Shown: one piece after another, positions 52,426 to 61,155 of the stretch
Numbering within the stretch: position 1 is the stretch's first letter
Layout: each line of letters opens with the position of its first letter
DNA from: Candidatus Harrisonbacteria bacterium
GTDB lineage: Bacteria > Patescibacteriota > Minisyncoccia > UBA6257 > 02-FULL-45-10c
Assembly (NCBI GenBank): GCA_016192685.1
Contig: JACPTS010000001.1
Span: 161,710 to 225,709, forward strand
Direction of reading: 5' to 3'
Length of the DNA stretch: 64,000 nucleotides
Notes under the pieces: generated by a model
Database searches by the model: none
The model's input: only the letters and a program-made list of their open reading frames with translations
What the model was told of the DNA's origin: nothing
Position numbers and translations under genes: made by a program

Positions 52426-53387
52426 TACAAAATCATTCTTATCGCCTTGGCAATTTTCTCCGAATCATGCCGCACGAAACCTTTCGGCCTTAATAAATCG
52501 GCGGTTACCGGCATAAAATTTTTATTCAGGCGGATATTCCCTAAATCCGGCTCAACAAATTCCGCCCGTTCTTTGATATAACCGGCTAATCGCCGCGGCG
52601 ACGGTTTCCGGTTATTGATAATGGCAAAATCCAAAACTTCTTTTCCCAGATAAGACTGCAAAGTATTAATAAAATCAGAAGCGGAAAAATTATTGGTTTC
52701 CCCGAATTTAGTCATTAAATTGGTGAAGTAAGCCACTTTCGCTTTAGTTTTTTGAAGCGCCTCTCTCATTCCTTTTACCAGCAAATTAGGAATTAAACTG
52801 GTGTATAAATCTCCCGGACCGATAATTACTAAGTCAGCTTCTAAAATCGCTTTCCGGGCATTAGGATTAAGCGCCGCTTCCGGCTTTAGCCAAACTCTTT
52901 TTATTTTTATCCGGCCGTCATGGTTGGGAATATCAATATTGGTTTCTCCTTTTATAATTTGGCCGTCTTCCAATTCGGCTAAAAGCTGCGCCCGATCAAG
53001 GGTAACCGGCACCACCTTTCCTTCTGCCAGCAAAATTTTACCGGCCTCCTCAATGGCTTGCTCAAAATCATCGGTAATCCGATGAAGGGCGGTAATTAAT
53101 AAGTTGCCGAAAGTATGGCCAGCCAGCCCCACCCCTTCTTGAAACCGATAAGAAAATAAATTCGCGAGCATCTTATTATCCGAAGCCGAAAGGGCAATTA
53201 AAGCCCGGCGGATATCTCCGGGCGGAAGCATTCCAAATTCTTCCCGCAGAATGCCGGTGGATCCGCCGTCGTCGGCCATCGTGACAATCGCGGTCAAATT
53301 TTTAAAATGCGGCTTGAGGGCGGTAAGAACCGTAAAAACACCGGTGCCGCCGCCGATAACTACAATCTTTTTATTAGCTTGCTTCAT
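52425..53387 (-). CDS. yvcK: YvcK/UPF0052 family protein
   Basis: IGGGTG, DDGGSTG, PPGDIRR, GPGDLYTS, RHD. Confidence 0.9.
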   Translation of the reverse strand: MKQANKKIVVIGGGTGVFTVLTALKPHFKNLTAIVTMADDGGSTGILREEFGMLPPGDIRRALIALSASDNKMLANLFSYRFQEGVGLAGHTFGNLLITALHRITDDFEQAIEEAGKILLAEGKVVPVTLDRAQLLAELEDGQIIKGETNIDIPNHDGRIKIKRVWLKPEAALNPNARKAILEADLVIIGPGDLYTSLIPNLLVKGMREALQKTKAKVAYFTNLMTKFGETNNFSASDFINTLQSYLGKEVLDFAIINNRKPSPRRLAGYIKERAEFVEPDLGNIRLNKNFMPVTADLLRPKGFVRHDSEKIAKAIRMIL

Positions 53388-53456
53388 CTCTCAATAATTA
53401 TAACCTCCTATTCTTCCAATTGTTTTTCCAATTAGCTAACAATGCGTTGGAGATTA

Positions 53457-53945
53457 TTATTGAAATAAGCTCCAAATTAAAAATCCAAGCATTACTGTAA
53501 TCAAAGCCAGTTTTATCGCGCTGCCAGCCAGAAATCCAATGGCTGTTCCTTTCGCGGATTGCAAAGCTTGCCCCGATTCTTTTCCTTCAAATAATTCTCC
53601 CAGAAAAGCGCCGAGAAGCGGCCCGATAACAATTCCAATCGGACCCAAAAAGGCAACTCCTAAAATCACGCCGATAAATGAACCGATTATTCCAAAGCGG
53701 CTGGCATTATATTTTTTTGCCCCAATTATTGGCGCAATTATGTCCACCGCCATTGTCAGCAAAACAAATCCTAAAAATATTAAAAGCGCTTTCCAGGTAA
53801 TTGCGGCAAAATTAGTCGCGTAAGCGAAAATCAGCATTCCCAGCCAAGCCATTGGGACTCCGGGCAATAAGGGGAGTATTACGCCCAATCCTCCGGCAAT
53901 CATTAATAGGAAAGATAAAATGATGAGTAAAATTTCTGCTAACAC
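53457..53945 (-). CDS. DUF456 membrane protein
   Basis: LPLLPG, GAKKY, GPLLGAFLGE. Confidence 0.8.
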   Translation of the reverse strand: MLAEILLIILSFLLMIAGGLGVILPLLPGVPMAWLGMLIFAYATNFAAITWKALLIFLGFVLLTMAVDIIAPIIGAKKYNASRFGIIGSFIGVILGVAFLGPIGIVIGPLLGAFLGELFEGKESGQALQSAKGTAIGFLAGSAIKLALITVMLGFLIWSLFQ

Positions 53946-53959
53946 ATTATAATAATAAC

Positions 53960-54334
53960 ATGAGAATAATTATCCCGAAATTAAGCACTGCCCTTCCCAA
54001 TTTTTTACGGCAATGCGGCTATACGCAAATTTCCAATCCCCATAAAAATCAAGAAGTTAGTTATGCCCGCAGTCTGAACCCGGGCCGATTTTATCCGCGT
54101 TTTCACGCTTATCTAGAAATTGGCTCCGTGGAAACAAAAATTAATCTGCACCTGGACGCTAAAAAACCAAGCTACGAAGGAACCACTGCCCACAGCGGCG
54201 AGTATGAAGGCGCGCTGGTGGAGAAAGAGGCAGAACGGATAAAAAATGCCGCTCAAAAATTCCTTTCCCAAACGCCGTCTCAACCCCTTGGCTTTCAAAA
54301 GAAAAAATCATTCTGGAAGCGGCTATTTTCATAA
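53960..54334 (+). CDS. Hypothetical protein
   Basis: 124 aa; YPRFHAY, LHLD.K.PSY.G..AHSGEY. Confidence 0.7.
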   Translation: MRIIIPKLSTALPNFLRQCGYTQISNPHKNQEVSYARSLNPGRFYPRFHAYLEIGSVETKINLHLDAKKPSYEGTTAHSGEYEGALVEKEAERIKNAAQKFLSQTPSQPLGFQKKKSFWKRLFS

Positions 54335-54335
54335 A

Positions 54336-54363
54336 GCTCCGCGCAGCAAGCTGCGGAGTATTC
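54336..54363. repeat. Short palindrome CTCCGC-GCAGC-AA-GCTGC-GGAG-TATTC
   Basis: Hairpin between convergent genes; resembles subterminal hairpins of IS200/IS605-type elements (inference). Confidence 0.4.
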
Positions 54364-54390
54364 GGCGACGGAGAATAAAAATTGGGCCGC

Positions 54391-54702
54391 TTAAAGCGGC
54401 CCAAAAATATATTTAATCAAGGCGGCAATAACTAACAGCAAAACCAAAAACAAAATCGCGCAAACAACAGACTGCCGCCAGCTGACAATTTTATAAATGC
54501 GGTCTTCTACCGGCACCGCCACTGCCGAACACCACTCACACTTTGGCTTTTCCCAATAATCAAACAAAAAGCCGCGGGTCCAATGGCCAACTACCAATTT
54601 CCCGCCGCACTTTAAACAGCAGCCAAACCAAAACCATTTAAGCTTGTTCCGCCAGGTGGCTCGGTTTTTTTGGACTTCATCCAAAAGCTTATTCGGATCC
54701 AC
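54391..54702 (-). CDS. Hypothetical Zn-ribbon membrane protein
   Basis: CLKC...CEWC and C-terminal TM. Confidence 0.55.
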   Translation of the reverse strand: MDPNKLLDEVQKNRATWRNKLKWFWFGCCLKCGGKLVVGHWTRGFLFDYWEKPKCEWCSAVAVPVEDRIYKIVSWRQSVVCAILFLVLLLVIAALIKYIFGPL

Positions 54703-54767
54703 CGCTTTGAATTATTTTCAAGCTTTCCTGACCTCAAATTAACACTAAAAAAAGAGCAGGTCAATCA

Positions 54768-54785
54768 GGGTGCCTAGAGGGAATC
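54768..54785 (-). other. 3' remnant (positions 57-74) of a different tRNA-His allele
   Basis: GATTCCCTCTAGGCACCC fits T-loop/T-stem/acceptor 3' strand with C73. Confidence 0.55.
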
Positions 54786-54797
54786 ACAAATAATTTG

Positions 54798-54869
54798 GGA
54801 GGCATACCGGATTCGAACCGGTGCAAACGCTGCCACAGAGCGTTGTGCTGCCGCTACACCAATGCCTCC
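54798..54869 (-). tRNA. tRNA-His(GUG)
   Basis: Cloverleaf; loop CTGTGGC; encoded G-1 pairs with C73. Confidence 0.95.
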
Positions 54870-54898
54870 ATCTTGGCCCTAAACCCTATTTCTAAACT

Positions 54899-55384
54899 TT
54901 ATTTATAAAGAATTAACCTTCTTGCATAGCCATGATCAACTTTTAATTTCTTGCCAATCTTCCTATAGGATAAACCCCGCCCTCTTAAAAATTTACAAGC
55001 TTTTATCTTTTTCTGCAAACATAATTTATTTTTAAATTGATTAGATACTATTTTTGCGACTATTGGAATAGTTTTTCGCGCAATACCTTTTTTAACTATT
55101 AAATAAGGGTAAATACTTTTAAGAAAAAATAGAACGTCTTTTTGGCGCGCGATGCAATATACCCAATTTTCTTTCCAATGAGGTTTTCTTTTTTTGGCCT
55201 TACAAATATTGCCCATCCCGGAAAAATCTTGAATTTCTTTTAAAACTCCCTCGTGGGTTTGGGGAATTGCAATACGATAATCATTTTTACCGTTTTTCAC
55301 TATATTTCCTTCCCCGTCTACAAATCCAGCTATATAACCCCAATTGATATTCATAATCCCAAGAATAACATATTCTGGTGACAA
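54899..55384 (-). CDS. Free-standing LAGLIDADG homing endonuclease with C-terminal HTH
   Basis: YIAGFVDGEG, IYPYLIVKK, GLSYRKIGKKL; start may be ATG 55354. Confidence 0.85.
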   Translation of the reverse strand: MSPEYVILGIMNINWGYIAGFVDGEGNIVKNGKNDYRIAIPQTHEGVLKEIQDFSGMGNICKAKKRKPHWKENWVYCIARQKDVLFFLKSIYPYLIVKKGIARKTIPIVAKIVSNQFKNKLCLQKKIKACKFLRGRGLSYRKIGKKLKVDHGYARRLILYK

Positions 55385-55551
55385 ATACTATATACCACTT
55401 ATAATTAAAATCACCAAAATATTAACTTTAATTTATCTTTACTTAAAGATTCAAAGAAAGTCTAGAAAACAAAAAGCCCCGCTAGGATGCGGGGCCACCT
55501 TAAGCAGGAGCTTAAGGATTTGATTGGAGAGGAGTTGTAGGACTGGCCGTC

Positions 55552-55884
55552 CTACGCAGGCACGACGATGAGCATCTTGGGCCGATCCGGAATGGCTTTG
55601 AAAAAGCCGTTCCCCCGGAGATCCACCCCGTAATGCCGTGCGATCTTTCCGAGCACGCGCCGGCTGATCCGCTTCGGAAAGCGGTTCCGGATCTCGGCCA
55701 TCACCCACTGCTCGGCGGTCATCTCGCCGTAGTGATAGTAGAGCTCCTTGACCGATGGCATCGCCGGCAGGCCCAGCCGCTGAATCAGCGGCGCGAGCGG
55801 CACGAGCGGCTCCTCCGTGATCTTCCGGCTCTTGTTCAGCCGGAAGATGTCCAACAGCGACAGCGCGGCATTCTTGAGGTTCAT
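55552..55884 (-). CDS. Hypothetical protein in GC-rich cassette
   Basis: 110 aa, SD GAGGTGG, own promoter, hairpin/T tract ~55466-55495. Confidence 0.65.
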   Translation of the reverse strand: MNLKNAALSLLDIFRLNKSRKITEEPLVPLAPLIQRLGLPAMPSVKELYYHYGEMTAEQWVMAEIRNRFPKRISRRVLGKIARHYGVDLRGNGFFKAIPDRPKMLIVVPA

Positions 55885-55935
55885 GGCTCCACCTCTGCTT
55901 TATTTAGGTACATAAGCTTTTCAGCTTACAAAATA

Positions 55936-55964
55936 AGTATAGCATACTTTAAAGCTTTTGTCAA
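55936..55964 (-). promoter_or_regulatory. Sigma70 promoter
   Basis: TTGACA-N17-TATACT with extended TG. Confidence 0.75.
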
Positions 55965-55966
55965 TA

Positions 55967-56162
55967 GTGCCTGGGCGGTGAATCCGCTTCGCTAGAACAC
56001 TCGCCCTTCGGGCTCTTTGGAACCCAGCGGTTCCAACCCGAGCACATAAAGCATTATGTGCTCGGTGCCTCCGCCACGAGAAAACTCCCGTTTTCCCGAC
56101 CCCTTTCCCGTGTTCGATTCACCGCAAAAATTTAAAAACGGCATTCGCCGTTTTTAAATTTT
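55967..56162 (-). repeat. tRNA-Phe-anchored palindromic composite with 18-bp duplication of tRNA 3' end
   Basis: 55967-55984 = 56163-56180; inverted T-arm copy 56110-56125; several hairpins. Confidence 0.8.
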
Positions 56163-56163
56163 G

Positions 56164-56464
56164 TGCCTGGGCGGTGAATCGAACACCGGACGCCAGCCTC
56201 TTCCAAGGCTAACTTGGACTATATCATCACCGAGCATATAAATTTTATATGCTCGGGCTAGGCGCTTCGTCCCGCAATGCGGGACTACTCCCCGAAAGGA
56301 TAGTCTCTACACCTTCAACGATTACAAAATCGAAGCTTGGCTCGGGATTCCCAAATAAAAATGTCATTTGACCTTCCCCGAATTCACCTAGTTTTTCAAC
56401 CCCGCTTACGCGGGGAAGCCCCAAAGAATTTGAGGGCTGCGCTCTACCACTGAGCTACCCAGGC
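56164..56464 (-). tRNA. tRNA-Phe(GAA), intron-split (exons 56433-56464 and 56164-56203)
   Basis: Joined exons give CAGCC-CT|GAAGA-GGCTG anticodon arm and full cloverleaf. Confidence 0.92.
56204..56432 (-). ncRNA. Group I self-splicing intron, 229 nt, no ORF
   Basis: Inserted after U33, ends in G; P1 AGCCCU/GGGGCU with U.G; P7 elements AGAGACTA and GATATAGTCC. Confidence 0.9.
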
Positions 56465-56568
56465 ATAAATATAATTTAAACAAAATTGGCATTTAATTCA
56501 AGTTATTGACTTATTAAACTAACTGAAATATCTTTAAACTAACTTTAAAAACCGCATAAGAGTTTGTT

Positions 56569-57585
56569 ATGGACGAATCGAAAAGAGAAGAATTAACCGA
56601 TAGCGGATATTCCTGGAATTTTCTTTGGTATGCCTTGCCAGCCGCCTTTATACTCTTGGTTGGTTATCAATCCTGCCGCAAAAATAAAAATTATAACTCT
56701 AATTTGGAAGCCGGCATTCCTCCGGGGGTAAATTTATACAGCCAGCCGATCAGCTCTGCCACCGCCAAAGAAAAAATTGCCGTGATTTCCATTCAGGGGG
56801 AAATCAGCCCCAAAAACAACATGGTGGAAATTACTATTGCCAAGCTGAAATCGGCAGCAACGGATCCGGATATAAAAGCCGTAATTCTTAAAATAGAAAG
56901 CCCCGGCGGCGATGTAAATTCTACCAATTTAATTTGGAATGAAATAAATAAATTAAAAACTTCAAAAAAGCCGGTAATTGCTTTTTTTAATTATATAGCG
57001 GCTTCCGGAGCTTATTATATTTCGGCGCCGGCTGATAAAATCGTATCCACCCCGGAAACCTGGACCGGCAGCATCGGAGTTATTTTCCAATCTCTCAACC
57101 TTTACGGATTAACTGAAAAATTGGGAGTCAAAATGATGACCATTAAATCGGCGGCCAACAAAGATATGCTTTCCCCATATCGCCAGCCGGAACCGGAAGG
57201 TGAAAAAATCATGCAGGCGCTTGTTAACGAAAGCTATGATGCTTTTGTTGGGGTGGTAAGCCAAGGAAGAAAAATGAACGAGGTCAAAGTCCGAAAATTG
57301 GCCGACGGCAGAATTTATTCCGCCAGACAAGCAAAAGAAAATGGATTAGTGGATGAGATCGGTTACTTTGAAGATGCGGTTAAACTAGCCAAACAATTAA
57401 GTAAATCCGAAGAGGCATCCGTAGTGGAAATTCAAGAAAGAATCAGCTTTTCCGGATTATTTTTTAATCAATTTTTAACTAAAAATGATTCTCCGCCGTT
57501 AAAGTCAATGGAGAAATTGCTGCCTAAAAGCGGATTATATTATATTGATCCGGCTTTACTGATAATGTACCAAAGCAATCATTAA
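56569..57585 (+). CDS. sppA: Signal peptide peptidase SppA (S49)
   Basis: IESPGG, AASGAYY, TGSIGV, ADGRIY. Confidence 0.9.
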   Translation: MDESKREELTDSGYSWNFLWYALPAAFILLVGYQSCRKNKNYNSNLEAGIPPGVNLYSQPISSATAKEKIAVISIQGEISPKNNMVEITIAKLKSAATDPDIKAVILKIESPGGDVNSTNLIWNEINKLKTSKKPVIAFFNYIAASGAYYISAPADKIVSTPETWTGSIGVIFQSLNLYGLTEKLGVKMMTIKSAANKDMLSPYRQPEPEGEKIMQALVNESYDAFVGVVSQGRKMNEVKVRKLADGRIYSARQAKENGLVDEIGYFEDAVKLAKQLSKSEEASVVEIQERISFSGLFFNQFLTKNDSPPLKSMEKLLPKSGLYYIDPALLIMYQSNH

Positions 57586-57625
57586 AAATTAAGCGCGCTC
57601 CGATTTATCGGAGCGTTTTATATTG

Positions 57626-57697
57626 TCTCCCCGCGAAGAATCGAACTTCGATCTACTCCTTAGAAGGGAGTCGTTCTATCCGTTGAACTACGGGGAG
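57626..57697 (-). tRNA. tRNA-Arg(UCU)
   Basis: Cloverleaf, loop CTTCTAA. Confidence 0.95.
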
Positions 57698-57707
57698 GTA
57701 TATAACT

Positions 57708-57781
57708 TGGTCGGAGTGCTGGGAATCGAACCCAAGCCGCGTGCTCCCAAAGCACGTATACTGCCATTATACGACACTCCG
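57708..57781 (-). tRNA. tRNA-Pro(UGG)
   Basis: Cloverleaf, loop TTTGGGA, encoded CCA. Confidence 0.95.
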
Positions 57782-57897
57782 ATTATTCTATATTACCCAA
57801 AATTATAGCTAAAAAGCAAAAATTGACGAATTTGAATATATGTTTATAATAATAGTAACAATACCTAGCTCATTATAAATTTAAGCGATAACCGAAA

Positions 57898-58056
57898 ATG
57901 GCTAGGAAAAACTGCAAAAAAAGGCGCTGCCATAAACGCTTTCTGCCGTTGCCGAAAATTCCCCTGACCGAAACTCAAAGAAAAACCATAACCGATCCCC
58001 TGGAAATCCTTTCTGATAAATGGGGAAATCGCAAGCCTTTTAAAAAGGCGAAATAG
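57898..58056 (+). CDS. 52-aa basic small protein (below ORF-track cutoff)
   Basis: TTGACG-N16-TATAAT upstream (57823-57850), hairpin 58055-58080 right after stop. Confidence 0.45.
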   Translation: MARKNCKKRRCHKRFLPLPKIPLTETQRKTITDPLEILSDKWGNRKPFKKAK

Positions 58057-58083
58057 CCCTCCGACGTGCGTCGGAGGGCTTTC

Positions 58084-58692
58084 TTAACTGACAAGATTAT
58101 CAAACTCCCGCATTTTTTGATTGAAAAGATCATTGAGTATGTTAATTTCCTTAACTTCCTGATTCATATTTTTAATCAAAGTTTGCACCTCTTCAGAACC
58201 TTGCGGAATAACTCCAGAAAAAGTAAGCTCTAAAATCTGCAGAAGCGAATTCAAAGAGTCGTTGTAAACTATTAAATGAGTAATCAGGGCTACTTCATCA
58301 CGCACGGCATCTGTGGCTAAATTTCTCGCTTTAGTCGGGGTAATTCCCCCTGCCGCTTCCGTCATAGCGCCAATTTCTTTAGCTAAATCAGCGGCTTTAA
58401 CCCGAGATTTTTTAGAATTTTCCAATTCTTCCTTAACCAAAACCAAAGCCCTGGGATAATTATTTTTACGCTCCTGCAGGGAAATTTTATCCAGATTTTG
58501 AACAGAAATATCGGTTAAAGCCACTATTTCTTTTGCCACTAAAGCGCTCCGGCTTCTTGCCTCAAAAAATTCATTGGGCACGAAGCTTTTGCCAAGTAAA
58601 AAATAACCGGCCAGATAAAGGGCCAAAAAAGAACCCAGCAGCAGGATTGTTCCCCGAAAACTCTTTTTCATTTTAAAAGCTTTGACATTCAT
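58084..58692 (-). CDS. Membrane-anchored helical protein
   Basis: N-terminal TM, coiled-coil body. Confidence 0.7.
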   Translation of the reverse strand: MNVKAFKMKKSFRGTILLLGSFLALYLAGYFLLGKSFVPNEFFEARSRSALVAKEIVALTDISVQNLDKISLQERKNNYPRALVLVKEELENSKKSRVKAADLAKEIGAMTEAAGGITPTKARNLATDAVRDEVALITHLIVYNDSLNSLLQILELTFSGVIPQGSEEVQTLIKNMNQEVKEINILNDLFNQKMREFDNLVS

Positions 58693-58838
58693 ATCTCTAT
58701 ATAATAGAGGAATTTTGAAAAAATTTACAATATTCTTGTCTGGTAAAATTTTTATTGCTATAATACTTCAGTAAAGAATCTCGCCTTCGCGATCTATTTA
58801 GCGGGCTTGCCCGCCGTAGCTCGCTTCAGCGAGCAAAG

Positions 58839-58912
58839 GCGGGTATCGTATAGTGGCAATACAACAGGTTTCCAACCTGTGGCCGGGGGTTCGATTCCCC
58901 CTACCCGCTCCA
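58839..58912 (+). tRNA. tRNA-Gly(UCC)
   Basis: Cloverleaf, loop TTTCCAA, encoded CCA. Confidence 0.95.
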
Positions 58913-59018
58913 TTCTTCGCCACCGGAGAAGAATGGCCCTTCGTAGCTTTACGCGAAGAAGGGCTATTCAAAATTTGACAATGGCTCAACGGAAGGCTTC
59001 GAATGGCTGCGCACTATT

Positions 59019-59261
59019 ATGTATTTTGTATATATTTTAAAAAGTATAAATTTTCCGAATCAAACATATACAGGTTCTTCTTCTAATTTAAAAAATAGAT
59101 TGCAATCGCATAACGATGGCGCCAACAAACACACCAGCAAATTCAAACCTTGGAAATTGATTTGGTTTTGCGCCTTTCCCACAAAACAGAAAGCTGAAGT
59201 ATTTGAAAAATATCTTAAAACTGCTTCTGGTATTGCCTTTAAAAGAAAAAGATTGATATAG
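59019..59261 (+). CDS. Small GIY-YIG nuclease (UPF0213-like)
   Basis: YFVYIL..YTG....RL..HN....HT....PW...A..FEKYLK. Confidence 0.9.
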   Translation: MYFVYILKSINFPNQTYTGSSSNLKNRLQSHNDGANKHTSKFKPWKLIWFCAFPTKQKAEVFEKYLKTASGIAFKRKRLI

Positions 59262-59416
59262 CGACGGATTTCCGCTCCAGACACACTCTTGAAAAATTTT
59301 CATTAATCAAGTAAAGTATATTTATTGAGTTAAATTGAATCCGTGCCGTTGGTACGGATTTTTAATTTGGAAAAAACCTCATAGCTATTGCGGTATAATT
59401 AGATTAGGAGGCCTTC

Positions 59417-59443
59417 GTAACTAAGGCAGCCCTCATTCGTTCT
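59417..59443 (+). promoter_or_regulatory. Candidate autoregulatory ECF promoter
   Basis: GTAAC-N16-CGTTCT immediately before the ECF sigma ATG; fits AAC/CGT ECF consensus. Confidence 0.5.
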
Positions 59444-59445
59444 AT

Positions 59446-60021
59446 ATGTTAGACAACGAAAAAAATCATATTCGGCAGGCCAAAAAAGGCAATCCAGAGG
59501 CCTTTGGGCTTCTTTACGACCATTATCTGCCCCAGATTTACCGGTTTATTTTTCTCAAAGTATCCAATCGGACAGAGGCGGAAGATTTGACTCACGAAGT
59601 ATTTCTAAGCGCTTGGCAAAGCCTTCCTAATTATAAATACGAAGGTTTTCCGTTTTCCAGCTGGCTATACCAGATTGCCAAAAACGCCACCATTGATTTT
59701 TACCGAACCGCTAAAAAAAATCTTCCGATTGAATTGGTAAATGAAGAATTGGTAAAATTCACCCCCCGTGATCCGGAGGAACTGAATACTCTTCTGGAAT
59801 TGGAGCAGATTAAAACCTGCATTCGCCAGCTGAAACCGGAATATCAAGACGTTTTAATTATGAGATTTGTGGAAGACCTTACTCATGAAGAAATCGCGGC
59901 AGCGCTGGAAAAAAGCCAAGGAGCCGTTCGCCTCATTCAGCATCGGGCAATAAAAGAACTGCGGAATCTATATTATGGAAAAAATTTAAACGACTATGGA
60001 ACAACTACTCACGAAGCTTAA
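59446..60021 (+). CDS. ECF sigma-70 factor
   Basis: AEDLTHEVF, FSSWLYQIAKN, region 4 HEEIAAAL...HRA. Confidence 0.92.
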   Translation: MLDNEKNHIRQAKKGNPEAFGLLYDHYLPQIYRFIFLKVSNRTEAEDLTHEVFLSAWQSLPNYKYEGFPFSSWLYQIAKNATIDFYRTAKKNLPIELVNEELVKFTPRDPEELNTLLELEQIKTCIRQLKPEYQDVLIMRFVEDLTHEEIAAALEKSQGAVRLIQHRAIKELRNLYYGKNLNDYGTTTHEA

Positions 60022-60370
60022 ATCAATTCAACCAACCCAAAATTTCCAAGAACGCTCTAAGGCGATTATTTTACTTTCCCGCCAAAACCAGCCGCAAACT
60101 GTCTGGAATTCTCTTCTAGCTATGCCACACCAAAGAATTACCTTTGGCTTAACGGCGTTGGCAGTTTTTCTAATCTTGGGGAGCCTTTCCGCCCTGAATA
60201 ATTCCTCAGTTTCCCAATCTTTGGTTTCCAGCTTAGACCAAGAAAATCTCACTGCCGAAGTTAAATCGCTGGATATCCAGATCCAGCTGGCGCAAATCCA
60301 ATACTACCAAGACTCTATTAAAAAAATTGAAGTGGCCCTGAAAGAAATCTCCGAAGAATCAGAATTATAA
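59996..60370 (+). CDS. Single-TM protein, putative anti-sigma factor
   Basis: Overlaps ECF sigma end; one TM. Confidence 0.55.
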   Translation: MEQLLTKLKSIQPTQNFQERSKAIILLSRQNQPQTVWNSLLAMPHQRITFGLTALAVFLILGSLSALNNSSVSQSLVSSLDQENLTAEVKSLDIQIQLAQIQYYQDSIKKIEVALKEISEESEL

Positions 60371-61152
60371 TGAAAAAGATTTTACAAAACATCTTTATCG
60401 GCCTGCTCTTAACAGGCCTCTTTTTCATTTCTTTCAATTCCGCGGAAGCCCAAACTATTAATCTCCGATCCGCCTTTAAAAAAGCAGCGGAAAAAATAAG
60501 CGCCTTTATTGATTTTAAAAAAAAGGAAACAACGCCCCTACCTTTAGAAAAAACCGGGATTAAAAAAGAAGCGCTCACTAAAATATTTGAACTGACGCTT
60601 TTAGAACAGCAAGATCTTCAAAATAAACTGAGGGGGCTTAAAAATCTTGGCGAAAAACAAACGGAATTAAAAAACGAATTATTAACCTCTCTTCAGGAAA
60701 ATGAAAATGCCTATCGCGAATTAAAAAAACAGCTGGAAGAAGCAAATACCTCGGAAGAAATAAAACGGCTGGCCAACGACTTCAATAATTGGCGGAATTT
60801 AGTTTATAAGCCGAAAGTGGAAAAAGTAATTTCTTTTACGCTGGTTTTCCAGCAAAAAGATACTTTTAATATTGCCAAAACCAGACTGCGAAATATTAAA
60901 AAAGAACTGCCCAATTTAGATTGGGCCGATGATCTTATTGCTAAGGCGGAAGCAAAAATTCAAAAAGCGGTTTCTTTAAATAACCAAGCCGCGGATCTTA
61001 TCTCGCAAGAATTAAGGCCCGGCTTCTTTAAAAGATTAATTGGACAAAATTATCTTCCTGCCATTAAATCACTGACAGAAGAAAGCGACCAGGAAATCAA
61101 AGATGCTTATCAAATTTTTGTTGAATTAGGAAAGGCAGTAAAAGAAAAATAG
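60370..61152 (+). CDS. Secreted helical protein
   Basis: Signal peptide (AEA-Q), coiled coil. Confidence 0.7.
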   Translation: MKKILQNIFIGLLLTGLFFISFNSAEAQTINLRSAFKKAAEKISAFIDFKKKETTPLPLEKTGIKKEALTKIFELTLLEQQDLQNKLRGLKNLGEKQTELKNELLTSLQENENAYRELKKQLEEANTSEEIKRLANDFNNWRNLVYKPKVEKVISFTLVFQQKDTFNIAKTRLRNIKKELPNLDWADDLIAKAEAKIQKAVSLNNQAADLISQELRPGFFKRLIGQNYLPAIKSLTEESDQEIKDAYQIFVELGKAVKEK

Positions 61153-61155
61153 GTT

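Noticed and set aside
54768-56464. Prophage or integrative element at tRNA att sites
   Set aside because: 3' tRNA duplicates lie within 200 bp of the tRNAs; no integrase or phage genes
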